Source: Candidatus Helarchaeota archaeon
Lineage (GTDB): Archaea; Asgardarchaeota; Lokiarchaeia; Helarchaeales; RDOG01
Length of the DNA: 64,000 bases
Assembly (NCBI GenBank): GCA_019058315.1
Contig: JAHPZH010000003.1
Span: forward strand, 524,451-588,450
Direction of reading: 5' to 3'
Below, one piece after another: positions 20,176 to 28,747 of this stretch. Each line of letters begins with the position of its first letter. Position 1 is the first letter of the stretch. The notes below the pieces were generated by a model. It was given only the letters and a program-made list of their open reading frames with translations. It was not told the DNA's origin and did no database searches. The position numbers were made by a program, and so were the translations under genes.

Positions 20176-20226
20176 TTATAATCTTTTCCATTTTAATTTC
20201 CTTAAATTAGTCAATTTAACCTTCAT
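20176..20226 (-). pseudogene. Truncated remnant of the Fe-S gene start (MKVKLTNLRKLKWKRL*) at the duplication junction
   Basis: First 8 residues match the start of 17403..18608 at exactly the 1618-bp offset; the sequence diverges shortly after and stops. Confidence 0.85.
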
Positions 20227-21783
20227 ATTATCTTACTCACTATACATTCCTAAGTTATATTTTCCCGGAGAAAGGATTCCTCGTGGATCTAAAGATTGTT
20301 TAATAGTTCTCAAAAAATTAAGAAATTGTTCTGAAAATGCTCCTGTTCTTATTAAAGATCTTGAATATCTCAATCCAGTCATATATGGCATAACACCCAA
20401 TTTAATAGCAGCATCCATAAAGCTATCCCATAATTCTCCATTTAATTTTCTATATTCGGGTTTATTCCATACTATTAAACCTATAGGAAACGATATAGTT
20501 GTGTGGTCACATAAACTAATCATTCCCCCAGTTGCAGGAAAGGCCTTAACAGCTTGTAGTTTTTCACTATTTTCAAGTGTCCATTTAGATAAACCCTTTG
20601 TTAATTCTGGGTAGTTATGCATAGCTATTCTACATTCTGCTGATTGTCCGGTACTTTCTGGCCCTAATGCCCCCCATATATGATGTGAAACTTGCCAATA
20701 TTCGTTTTTATCATTATCCCATTTAAATATCTTTTTTTGGGCATCAATAGACTCAACACCTTTTTCTGCTAATGAAATCTCCTCTATTATCTTGTTATTT
20801 TCTTCTATAATATTTTCATTCTCGCCTATTAATATGTATTCTAGCATAGACCTTCCTTTTGGGTTTATAATTTTCAAATTCTCATCTAAGGGAGGGATGT
20901 CAGGGAGAATTTTAATCATGGAAGCCCGAACTAAAGAGGAATCTACGAAACCGGCTCTAAAAATCCCTAAGTATCCTTTTTTACGACAATTGAATAAAAT
21001 TTTAAGTGCTACTTCTGCGGACTTTCTTTTTAATGTAAAGGACATGTGAGCTTTGAATTTCGGCTTTGAGTAAATTTTTAAAATTGCCTCAGTTTTAATT
21101 CCCATTATTCCATTATCACCTAAAAAGATACCTAAAAGGTCAGATACGAACCCAAACCTATTAAACGGGTTTTTTACATATTTACATTCGCCAGAGCCAG
21201 TTTCTATAATATCACCATTTTTATTTGGTAATACAACCTTTAATCCTATACAATTCTTCGTTACAGGCCCATATATTGCAATACCCTCTCCATAACTATT
21301 ATTGCTCAATCCTCCTCCTACGACAGCTGACATTCCACTATTAGGCCCCACGTTTCCAGTGTAATACCCTTTTTCCATTAAGAAAGTATTTAATTCTGCC
21401 CAAGTTATTCCACATTGGACTCTAACAGTTAGATGGTCTTCATCGAGATTCAATATTTTATTCATTCTTGTTGTATCGATCACAATACCTCCAGGTTTAT
21501 ACGGGATAGCTCCTTGCTGAAGTCCAGCACCTCCACCTCTTGGAATTATTGGAATTCTCTCACTATATGCAATCTTAACAATCTCAGAGATTTCCTCTGA
21601 ATTTTCCGGGCGTACAACAAAGTCTGGGAGATTATCTTCAATAACGGAATTCATAGATCTTGAATAACTCTTTCTAATGTAATCTGCGTTAGAAACATAT
21701 TTACTACTGACAATATCTCTTAAGGAATTGAGAATATTCATATTCATCTCCTATTTATAAAAAATTTGATTTGTCAAACATTT
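20196..21783. repeat. Tandem duplication, copy B
   Basis: Near-identical to 18578..20165. Confidence 0.97.
20233..21747 (-). CDS. FAD-binding oxidoreductase, GlcD/VAO-type (copy B)
   Basis: Same motifs as copy A; about 18 aa differences, 14 of them in one patch. Confidence 0.92.
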   Translation of the reverse strand: MNMNILNSLRDIVSSKYVSNADYIRKSYSRSMNSVIEDNLPDFVVRPENSEEISEIVKIAYSERIPIIPRGGGAGLQQGAIPYKPGGIVIDTTRMNKILNLDEDHLTVRVQCGITWAELNTFLMEKGYYTGNVGPNSGMSAVVGGGLSNNSYGEGIAIYGPVTKNCIGLKVVLPNKNGDIIETGSGECKYVKNPFNRFGFVSDLLGIFLGDNGIMGIKTEAILKIYSKPKFKAHMSFTLKRKSAEVALKILFNCRKKGYLGIFRAGFVDSSLVRASMIKILPDIPPLDENLKIINPKGRSMLEYILIGENENIIEENNKIIEEISLAEKGVESIDAQKKIFKWDNDKNEYWQVSHHIWGALGPESTGQSAECRIAMHNYPELTKGLSKWTLENSEKLQAVKAFPATGGMISLCDHTTISFPIGLIVWNKPEYRKLNGELWDSFMDAAIKLGVMPYMTGLRYSRSLIRTGAFSEQFLNFLRTIKQSLDPRGILSPGKYNLGMYSE

Positions 21784-21949
21784 GATTTACTTAACGTTTA
21801 AAAATCTATGTCCAGTCCAAATGAATAGTTTTAACGTTATTCGAAATATTTTATAGTTTTGGCGATGTTATTACTATATTAATCGAAACGGGTTTAGAAA
21901 AAAACCAATAAAATTAATAAAAATTTAAATATACTAATGATTTTGTCAC

Positions 21950-22147
21950 TTATTTTTCTATTAGATCCATTCCGCATAAAGGACAGTGATATGGGGCAAA
22001 AGGTGGTGGATTAAATAATATCAACTTGCCTTCTTCCTCCATTTGTTTTCGTAAATCATTCAATGCCTTATCCGGTACTGCAGAATGACTAACTCCATAA
22101 ATCACGACTTCTTTTTTGCAATTTTGACAATATAACATATTATTCAT
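21950..22147 (-). CDS. Small Zn-ribbon-like protein
   Basis: CQNC and CPLC pairs in 65 aa; co-oriented 41 bp after the GNAT gene. Confidence 0.65.
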   Translation of the reverse strand: MNNMLYCQNCKKEVVIYGVSHSAVPDKALNDLRKQMEEEGKLILFNPPPFAPYHCPLCGMDLIEK

Positions 22148-22188
22148 CTTTAGTGTTTGTTTATTTAAAGTAATTTTCTCAGTTAAGG

Positions 22189-23316
22189 TTATCTATAATA
22201 GTCCAAAAAAAATTCATTATATTTTTTATGTCTATTAATTTCTTCCCCTTTTTCGGTTAGTGGTTTCATACATAAAATGTAAAAATTACGGTCACTTATG
22301 AATTTCAACTTTCTAAATACTTTCATTTCATGCTGACAGCTTGTTATATGCGTTGCGAAAACGCTAGGGACTAAATTTCTTATTTTGCGAAGAATACAAC
22401 TAATAAAATCGATTTTTTGTTCCATATCCATATCTTCATGAAATCCGGCACTTGTTAAAAGGGCAACTGGTAACGTTAATAATTCATCTTCTTCATATTT
22501 GGCCGTGACAATTTCAATTCGATTATTAATTACAGCTTTTATTTCATTTTTTTCTTCTAGAATCCAAGAATAAAAATTATGCGGATCACCAAATAATGAA
22601 TTTAATAAATAAGTATTCTTATGATGTTTTTCATACCTTTTTAGTTCGTAAATTGTCGAAAGTGGAACTCTTGATTGGTAAGAATTAATGAGATCTATAA
22701 TTTTGGGATAATCTTCTATTTGGGCATCTCGGACTTTACCTTCTATATTAAATTCTGGAATATGAGAATATAAAGAAGCGATTTTTACCAATACAGGATT
22801 TACTTTGAAATCTTCCCTTAAAGCTTGTAGTCCTTGTTCTTCCATTAATTTAAGCAGATGTTTGTTTTTGCTATAGCTTTTAAAATCAAAGTGTTCCTTT
22901 AATAATTTATCACCAAAACGCCCTTTTTCTGGAAATGCCATTAAAAAATCAATTTTTTCTTCGATTGCTTTTTCAATCAATTTATTTAACAAAGCTTTTG
23001 CTATACCCTGACGTCTATATTCGGGATCTACAGCACATAACCCAAGATTTAATGCCTCAAACCGCAATTCATTATCCAGCATTATAGATTCTTGGTGTCC
23101 AAATAGTGTGCCGATTAATTTTTCTCCTTTATAAGCTCCAAAAATGAAATTTTTGGATACTTCACTTAATACGACGTCAAAATAAAATTTCGCATATTTT
23201 TCGCTCCATGGCATAGCCCCAGCTTCGACATATTCCCAAAAATATGTTTTATTAAGAACTTCTGCAATTTTAATAATTGGAAATGGTTCGACAATCCTTT
23301 TTACTTCGAAATCCAT
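22189..23316 (-). CDS. Tandem-GNAT acyltransferase, N-myristoyltransferase-like
   Basis: GNAT motif A LCAVDPEYRRQGIAKALL; second GNAT lobe beginning VRDAQIEDYPKIIDLINSY; C-terminal FRKLKF. GNAT call is secure; NMT-likeness is by recalled pattern. Confidence 0.75.
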   Translation of the reverse strand: MDFEVKRIVEPFPIIKIAEVLNKTYFWEYVEAGAMPWSEKYAKFYFDVVLSEVSKNFIFGAYKGEKLIGTLFGHQESIMLDNELRFEALNLGLCAVDPEYRRQGIAKALLNKLIEKAIEEKIDFLMAFPEKGRFGDKLLKEHFDFKSYSKNKHLLKLMEEQGLQALREDFKVNPVLVKIASLYSHIPEFNIEGKVRDAQIEDYPKIIDLINSYQSRVPLSTIYELKRYEKHHKNTYLLNSLFGDPHNFYSWILEEKNEIKAVINNRIEIVTAKYEEDELLTLPVALLTSAGFHEDMDMEQKIDFISCILRKIRNLVPSVFATHITSCQHEMKVFRKLKFISDRNFYILCMKPLTEKGEEINRHKKYNEFFLDYYR

Positions 23317-23352
23317 TCTCGATTCACAAATATCTATTTTATAGGGAAATTA

Positions 23353-25386
23353 TTATAGATTTGGTTTACCATATTGGTCTCTAACCTTTGCCCTAAGAAC
23401 CTTCCCTACCGGTGATATAGGAAACTCTTCTGCAAAAACTACTGTCTTAGGTTTTTTATAACTTGCCATTTTCCCTCTACAGAACTCGATAATTTCTTCT
23501 TCGGTTATATCTTGATGTGGCTTAAGACCCTTTTTGGGAATAATAACAGCTCTTACAGCAGACCCCCACTCTTCGTCAGGAACTCCAATTACAACCACCT
23601 CGCTTATTTTAGGGTGTTGAATTAGAATTTCTTCTACCTCTAGAGGATAAATTTTTTCAGCACCACTAGTAATGCATTCTTTCAATCTCTCAACTAAAAA
23701 TAAATCACCATCCTTTCGGTATCCAAGATCTCCACCACGAAACCACCCATCTTTAAAAGCGGCTTTGGTTTTTTCCGGATTTTTATAGTATTCTTTCATA
23801 ATAGTGACACTTTTATACCATAGTTCACCGATTTCACCATCTTTTACATCTTCTCCAGTTTCAGGATCGACTATTCTCACTTCTAAGCCATCTATTTCAT
23901 GCCCGATTGATCTTTCAACAACTTGATCTGGGGTTGCATCAAGTCTTAATGAAATAATTGGAGACATTTCAGTCTGACCAAATCCATCAATAATTAAAGC
24001 ATTTGGAAGTAAATTTAGAAGAAGTTTTTTATATTTACCTCTAAATAAAGATCCCCCAGAAATTGCTACTTTTAATGAACTAAGATCAAATTTATTAATA
24101 TCGGGATATTCTAAAAGTCTTTTCCACATTGTTGGTACCATCATCAAAGATCTAATCCCTTGTTTTTCAACGAGTTCCAATATTTCTCTTATATCAAACT
24201 TTTTTGAAACAGGAAAAATCAATGGTTGACCAAAAAGTATCCAAGTAACTATACCGCTGACATATGCCGCAGAGTGGAAGAAGGGGGGCATATATAATGA
24301 TGGTGTTAGTATTTCAACCTTTCTACTTAGCATTGACTTTATTACTGCACTTCTTAATTCTTTATCACCTTCAAGCTTAATTCCTCCTGTTATTAGTCGC
24401 TTAATAGCAGGGAACAACATTTTAAGTCTTCCCACTCTGCTATATGCCAATGGAAATGTTTTAGCGGTTGAACGAATTTGTTTGCCAATTTCATAATAAA
24501 TTTTCAGGTCGGTCTTAAAATCAGGCATACCACTGAACATTTTAATTTTTTCTGTACCATCATCATCGGTTTTAGTAGTCATTGTTAATGGGGGAAGTTT
24601 TACACCTTTACTAGTTTCTGTTATCAGAAGCAAAGATTTACCTTTCAGAGTTTCGACATCTAAATCAACTAATGCTGCACCCATTCCCATAGAATCCATA
24701 ACTTCACCCATTTTACGTTGAAATGCATTTTTTGCGAATTTTTCTTCATGGAACTCTGAAATAGGGGGAAGAAAACTAGCTAGAAATGTGGTGGTCATTT
24801 CTAAATTAGAAATAAAGTTGTCATAAGTTAAAACTACACCTTTTGGACGACCTGTTGTTCCTCCTGTAAAACAGATTAGAGCCTCATCGAACTCTGAGAA
24901 TTTGCCTTTAACGTTTACTTTTCTTTTGCTTGATTTTTTAATTAATTCCTCATAATCAATCCAATTAGAGGGTAAATTATTACCATTACAAATAAATGCC
25001 TTAACCTTACTTAATTCTGATCTAATTTTTTCAATTTCCTCCAAATAATCTTGATCGATTATTAAAGCAACTGCATCACAATGATTTATAGCAAAACTGT
25101 ATTCTAAATGAGAATACATGTAATTTAAAGGAACTGCGACAGCACCGAAAGCTTGAATTGCTAAATGCGTCTCTAAAAATTCTGGTCCATTTCTAAAAAC
25201 AAAAGCTACTTTGTTATATTTTTTAACACCCAATTTTTTTAATGCATTCCCAAGCCGGTTTACTCTTTCTGCGAATTGTTTCCAAGTAATTTCTTGATCA
25301 CCACGAACTAATGCCACCCTATCTTTTGGATAATGACGGGCTTTTATATCAACATATTCTTTAAAAGGAGCTTTTCCCAAGTGCAT
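23353..25386 (-). CDS. Acyl-CoA ligase (AMP-binding) with a ~150-aa insertion resembling an SCP2 lipid-binding domain
   Basis: FTGGTTGRPKG, PPFFH, DGFGQTE, GWFRGGDLG, PISPVGKVLR; 677 aa vs 552-564 aa for the two other ligases; insert ends LITGGIKLEGDKEL. Confidence 0.9.
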   Translation of the reverse strand: MHLGKAPFKEYVDIKARHYPKDRVALVRGDQEITWKQFAERVNRLGNALKKLGVKKYNKVAFVFRNGPEFLETHLAIQAFGAVAVPLNYMYSHLEYSFAINHCDAVALIIDQDYLEEIEKIRSELSKVKAFICNGNNLPSNWIDYEELIKKSSKRKVNVKGKFSEFDEALICFTGGTTGRPKGVVLTYDNFISNLEMTTTFLASFLPPISEFHEEKFAKNAFQRKMGEVMDSMGMGAALVDLDVETLKGKSLLLITETSKGVKLPPLTMTTKTDDDGTEKIKMFSGMPDFKTDLKIYYEIGKQIRSTAKTFPLAYSRVGRLKMLFPAIKRLITGGIKLEGDKELRSAVIKSMLSRKVEILTPSLYMPPFFHSAAYVSGIVTWILFGQPLIFPVSKKFDIREILELVEKQGIRSLMMVPTMWKRLLEYPDINKFDLSSLKVAISGGSLFRGKYKKLLLNLLPNALIIDGFGQTEMSPIISLRLDATPDQVVERSIGHEIDGLEVRIVDPETGEDVKDGEIGELWYKSVTIMKEYYKNPEKTKAAFKDGWFRGGDLGYRKDGDLFLVERLKECITSGAEKIYPLEVEEILIQHPKISEVVVIGVPDEEWGSAVRAVIIPKKGLKPHQDITEEEIIEFCRGKMASYKKPKTVVFAEEFPISPVGKVLRAKVRDQYGKPNL

Positions 25387-25450
25387 ACCTCATTTATATA
25401 AATTTAATATTAATTATTGAAATACTGAGATTAAATAATTAGTTTTTAGG

Positions 25451-26116
25451 TTATTTTAATGCTTTGAAAATAGACTTTCCCATCTTAATAGCATCTTCAT
25501 CCAAAAACTTTATTTTACCCATCATATTTGCCATGAAATATATTTGAGCAGTTTTTTCTAATAACTCACAAGATAGAAATGCACGTCTCATGTTTTTTCC
25601 AAAACCTAATGAGCCGTGATTCCTAATAATTATCGCCAAGCTTGTTTTATTGATAACTTCACTGATGTGTTTTGCTAGCTCGGTTGATCCAGATCGATTA
25701 TACTCAGAGGTTATTACAATTGGATGACCTAGAAAAAAAACTTGATCATCGAGTATAGCAGGAAGAGAATCTTCGAGGACTAAGCCTATAGCTGTAGAAT
25801 AGACTGGATGATAATGAATGATAGCATTTACGTCTTTTCTAGCTTTGTAAATGGCCATATGTAAGTAAGTTTCAGATGAGGCAGTTAAATTACCTTCAAT
25901 TACCTCGAATTTTCCACTTTCGTCAGAAAAATCAATTACTAACATATCATCAATCATGTAATCTTCAATATCTTTTCCGCTGGGGGTTCCAATCATCTTG
26001 GTTCCTTTTTTTTCTGTCCTTAGTGTTAAATTTCCAGAAGAACCAAGCGTTAAACCTTTAGCAAGGAGTTTTTTTGCAGCTTCAAATACGATCTTTTTCT
26101 GTTCTTCATACAACAA
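25451..26116 (-). CDS. Class II aldolase/adducin family protein (FucA-like)
   Basis: GSSGNLT, TPSG, SSETYLH, HYHP, RNHG metal ligands. Confidence 0.92.
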   Translation of the reverse strand: MLYEEQKKIVFEAAKKLLAKGLTLGSSGNLTLRTEKKGTKMIGTPSGKDIEDYMIDDMLVIDFSDESGKFEVIEGNLTASSETYLHMAIYKARKDVNAIIHYHPVYSTAIGLVLEDSLPAILDDQVFFLGHPIVITSEYNRSGSTELAKHISEVINKTSLAIIIRNHGSLGFGKNMRRAFLSCELLEKTAQIYFMANMMGKIKFLDEDAIKMGKSIFKALK

Positions 26117-26142
26117 AATACACCCTTAAAATAAAGTACTAA

Positions 26143-27663
26143 TTATCTAATTTTAAGAAATTGATTATAGATTTTTTTCCATTTTTTGAATAATTTACGA
26201 TAGGTTTTAGTTAAAATTTTATCGGGTTTGACTGTTTTTTCTAAATGAACCATATTATTTACAGCTTCATCAAAATTTTTATAAATCCCAGCACCAATTG
26301 ATGCCAAAATTGCACTTCCTAATGCCGTTCCTTCCTTAATTTTGAATATTTTGATTGGATTTCCGAGAACATTGGTTAATATAGTTGCAAAAATATTACT
26401 TCTTGCCTGTCCTCCTGTAAGTGCAATATCTTCTTCACCAACTTTTAACCCTGAGATTTCTTCGACTTGTTCTGCATTAGCTTTAATAATATATGCCATA
26501 TTTTCTAATAGCCCTCTACAAATTTCAGCCTGAAATATTTCTGTTGAAATGATCGGTAATGGAATTAAAAATCCTCCATAGCCAATTTCTGCTAAATTTC
26601 CATAATTTGCAATGCTTCCCCCTAAATTCGCTAAAAAACCACCCGATCCTGGCGGAGCTTGCTCTGCTAATTTATCAATTTCGGGAAAATCTAGTTTAAA
26701 TATTTTTTTAAACCAGCGGAGGTTATGTCCAGTCTCTCCAGCGTCAGAGTCTATAACCCACATATTTGGAACTACATGGCAACCAGTCCAAATCCGATAA
26801 TTCATATCTATTTGTGCTTTATTTGTAACTATTTGAAAAGGAGTTGATGTTCCTGCTACAGCACAAGATTGTCCAGGTTTTATAGTTTTTGTTCCTAATA
26901 AGGCACATTGAGTGTCTGCACCACCTACGACCACTTTGATTTTTGCAGATATGCCCATTTGTTTTGCTATATCTGATTCAATTTCTTCAGCAATCAGACT
27001 TCCTGATTCTTTAAGATTGGGAGTGATTGTGTCTGGAATATCTAAAAGTTCCATCAATTCTTTTGACCATTTTCGACTATGAACATCCAAAAGCATGGAT
27101 TCACAAGCGTTTGATGGTTCCGAGACGTATTGCCCAGTCAGACGAAATAATATCCAATCATTTATCATTAGGAATTTATCTATTTTTTGATAAATTTCTG
27201 GTTTTTTATTTTTTATCCATGCCAATCTTGCAGGTACATAAATTATTGGAGGCATATGTCCTGTAATTTGTTGAATTTTTTCCTTATATTTTCCCTGCAT
27301 CTCCATGCCTTCCATAAATGCCCTAGCATCTACGTTTGGCATAGCATATAGCTCATTACCGTTCTTATCTAGAAAAACGCACCCATGGCGCATACTTGTT
27401 GATGATATAGCAACAATATCTTGATGGTTGATATTTGATTTCTTAATCGCTTGTTTGGTAAGATTGCATAAAATCTTCCAAAATATATCAGGATCGAAAT
27501 CTAGTTGGGGAACTTTATTATCACCAAAGGGTAACCAATTTTCATTATATTTCCATTCTTCAGAAGTATGTGAAATTAGTTCCCCAGTTATAGAAAAAAT
27601 TAAACAGCGTCCTGTACCTGTTCCAAAATCTAAAGTTAGTAGATATTCGGGCATTAAAACCAC
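26143..27663 (-). CDS. FGGY-family carbohydrate kinase (LsrK/xylulokinase-like)
   Basis: LDFGTGTGR, STSMRHG, GGADTQCA, TGGQARS, EGTALGSA. Confidence 0.92.
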   Translation of the reverse strand: MVLMPEYLLTLDFGTGTGRCLIFSITGELISHTSEEWKYNENWLPFGDNKVPQLDFDPDIFWKILCNLTKQAIKKSNINHQDIVAISSTSMRHGCVFLDKNGNELYAMPNVDARAFMEGMEMQGKYKEKIQQITGHMPPIIYVPARLAWIKNKKPEIYQKIDKFLMINDWILFRLTGQYVSEPSNACESMLLDVHSRKWSKELMELLDIPDTITPNLKESGSLIAEEIESDIAKQMGISAKIKVVVGGADTQCALLGTKTIKPGQSCAVAGTSTPFQIVTNKAQIDMNYRIWTGCHVVPNMWVIDSDAGETGHNLRWFKKIFKLDFPEIDKLAEQAPPGSGGFLANLGGSIANYGNLAEIGYGGFLIPLPIISTEIFQAEICRGLLENMAYIIKANAEQVEEISGLKVGEEDIALTGGQARSNIFATILTNVLGNPIKIFKIKEGTALGSAILASIGAGIYKNFDEAVNNMVHLEKTVKPDKILTKTYRKLFKKWKKIYNQFLKIR

Positions 27664-27690
27664 AAATTTTATAATCCGATAAGGATTTTT

Positions 27691-28677
27691 TTAGCTGATA
27701 TTCATTTTACGAACATTTTTAGGTATTTTACCATCCAAGAAATCTCTTATAGCTTCAAATACCATTTCTGAGTAATGTGTGACTACTTCAGCTGTTGCTC
27801 CTCCAATATGAGGTGTGGTAATTACATTATCAAGACCTTTAAATGGACTACCCCTACGACCAGTAGGCTCTATTTTATAAACATCAACAGCTGCTCCTGC
27901 AATTTTCCGATCTTTAAGTGCATTAACTAGTGCTTTTTCATCAGTTATTCTCGATCGGGCCACATTCAAAAAAAATGCTGTTGGTTTCATTAATGATATC
28001 ATATCAGCATTTATCAAACCTTTAGTCTCTTTGTTATATACTGCATGAATTGTTATAAAATCTGATTCTTTCATTAAAACAGCTAATTCAACTACTTTTG
28101 CTTCTACATCCTCCACTCTTTTAGGATTTACATAGGGATCATAAACTAAGATATTCATACCCATTGTTTTCAAAATCTTTGCTACTTTATAACCAATCGC
28201 TCCTAGACCTACTATACCTACAGTTTTACCTTCAAGTTCAATCCCTTTCGCAGTTACAACACCTTCTAGACCTTTCCATTCCCCATTTTGAACTATATTA
28301 TGGGCAAGTATTATATTTCTAGCTAAAGATATCATAAAACCAATTGTTAATTCTGCAACTGCGGTTGCATTTCGCCCAGGACAAGATGTCACCATTACAT
28401 TTGCTTTGTTTGCTGCTTCTACATCGATATTAACAGGATTACCCCGAACACAACAAATAAGTTGGAGCCCTTTAACAACTTCAAAGAAATCTTCACGTAA
28501 AACTTCCACTTCACAGATTAGAATATTAATATCTTCTTTTTCTATTTTCTCTAATAATTCATCTGAGCTATAAAGTTTGTCGTATTCAATCCAATCTTCA
28601 ACTTTAAATTCGCCAACAAGCTCTGCAATTTTTTTTTGGTAATTTGGATCTAATCTAACTGTTGAATAAGCTTTCAT
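27691..28677 (-). CDS. D-isomer-specific 2-hydroxyacid dehydrogenase (SerA-like)
   Basis: NATAVAE, GIVGLGAIG, LNVAR, DVYKIEP, TPHIGGAT. Confidence 0.93.
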   Translation of the reverse strand: MKAYSTVRLDPNYQKKIAELVGEFKVEDWIEYDKLYSSDELLEKIEKEDINILICEVEVLREDFFEVVKGLQLICCVRGNPVNIDVEAANKANVMVTSCPGRNATAVAELTIGFMISLARNIILAHNIVQNGEWKGLEGVVTAKGIELEGKTVGIVGLGAIGYKVAKILKTMGMNILVYDPYVNPKRVEDVEAKVVELAVLMKESDFITIHAVYNKETKGLINADMISLMKPTAFFLNVARSRITDEKALVNALKDRKIAGAAVDVYKIEPTGRRGSPFKGLDNVITTPHIGGATAEVVTHYSEMVFEAIRDFLDGKIPKNVRKMNIS

Positions 28678-28747
28678 TATGAGTTCCTCTAATTAATAAT
28701 ATTTGAAAAAGAAAAACTGAAAAATATTAGTTTTTTGATTTTATAAT

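Noticed and set aside
19164-21061. Diversity-generating retroelement (TR/VR pair) explaining the variable patch
   Set aside because: Substitutions are not confined to adenines of one copy on either strand, both copies are whole genes, and no reverse transcriptase is in the window
18615-26116. Eukaryote-like ether-lipid route (DHAP + acyl-CoA, then alkyl-DHAP synthase)
   Set aside because: The FAD proteins lack the C-terminal HHH motif of alkyl-DHAP synthase and are coupled to an Fe-S subunit; the acyltransferase is GNAT, not PlsB/GNPAT type
26143-27663. AI-2 quorum-sensing kinase LsrK
   Set aside because: Motifs are LsrK-like, but no lsr transporter, lsrR, lsrF or lsrG neighbours; sugar catabolism is more parsimonious
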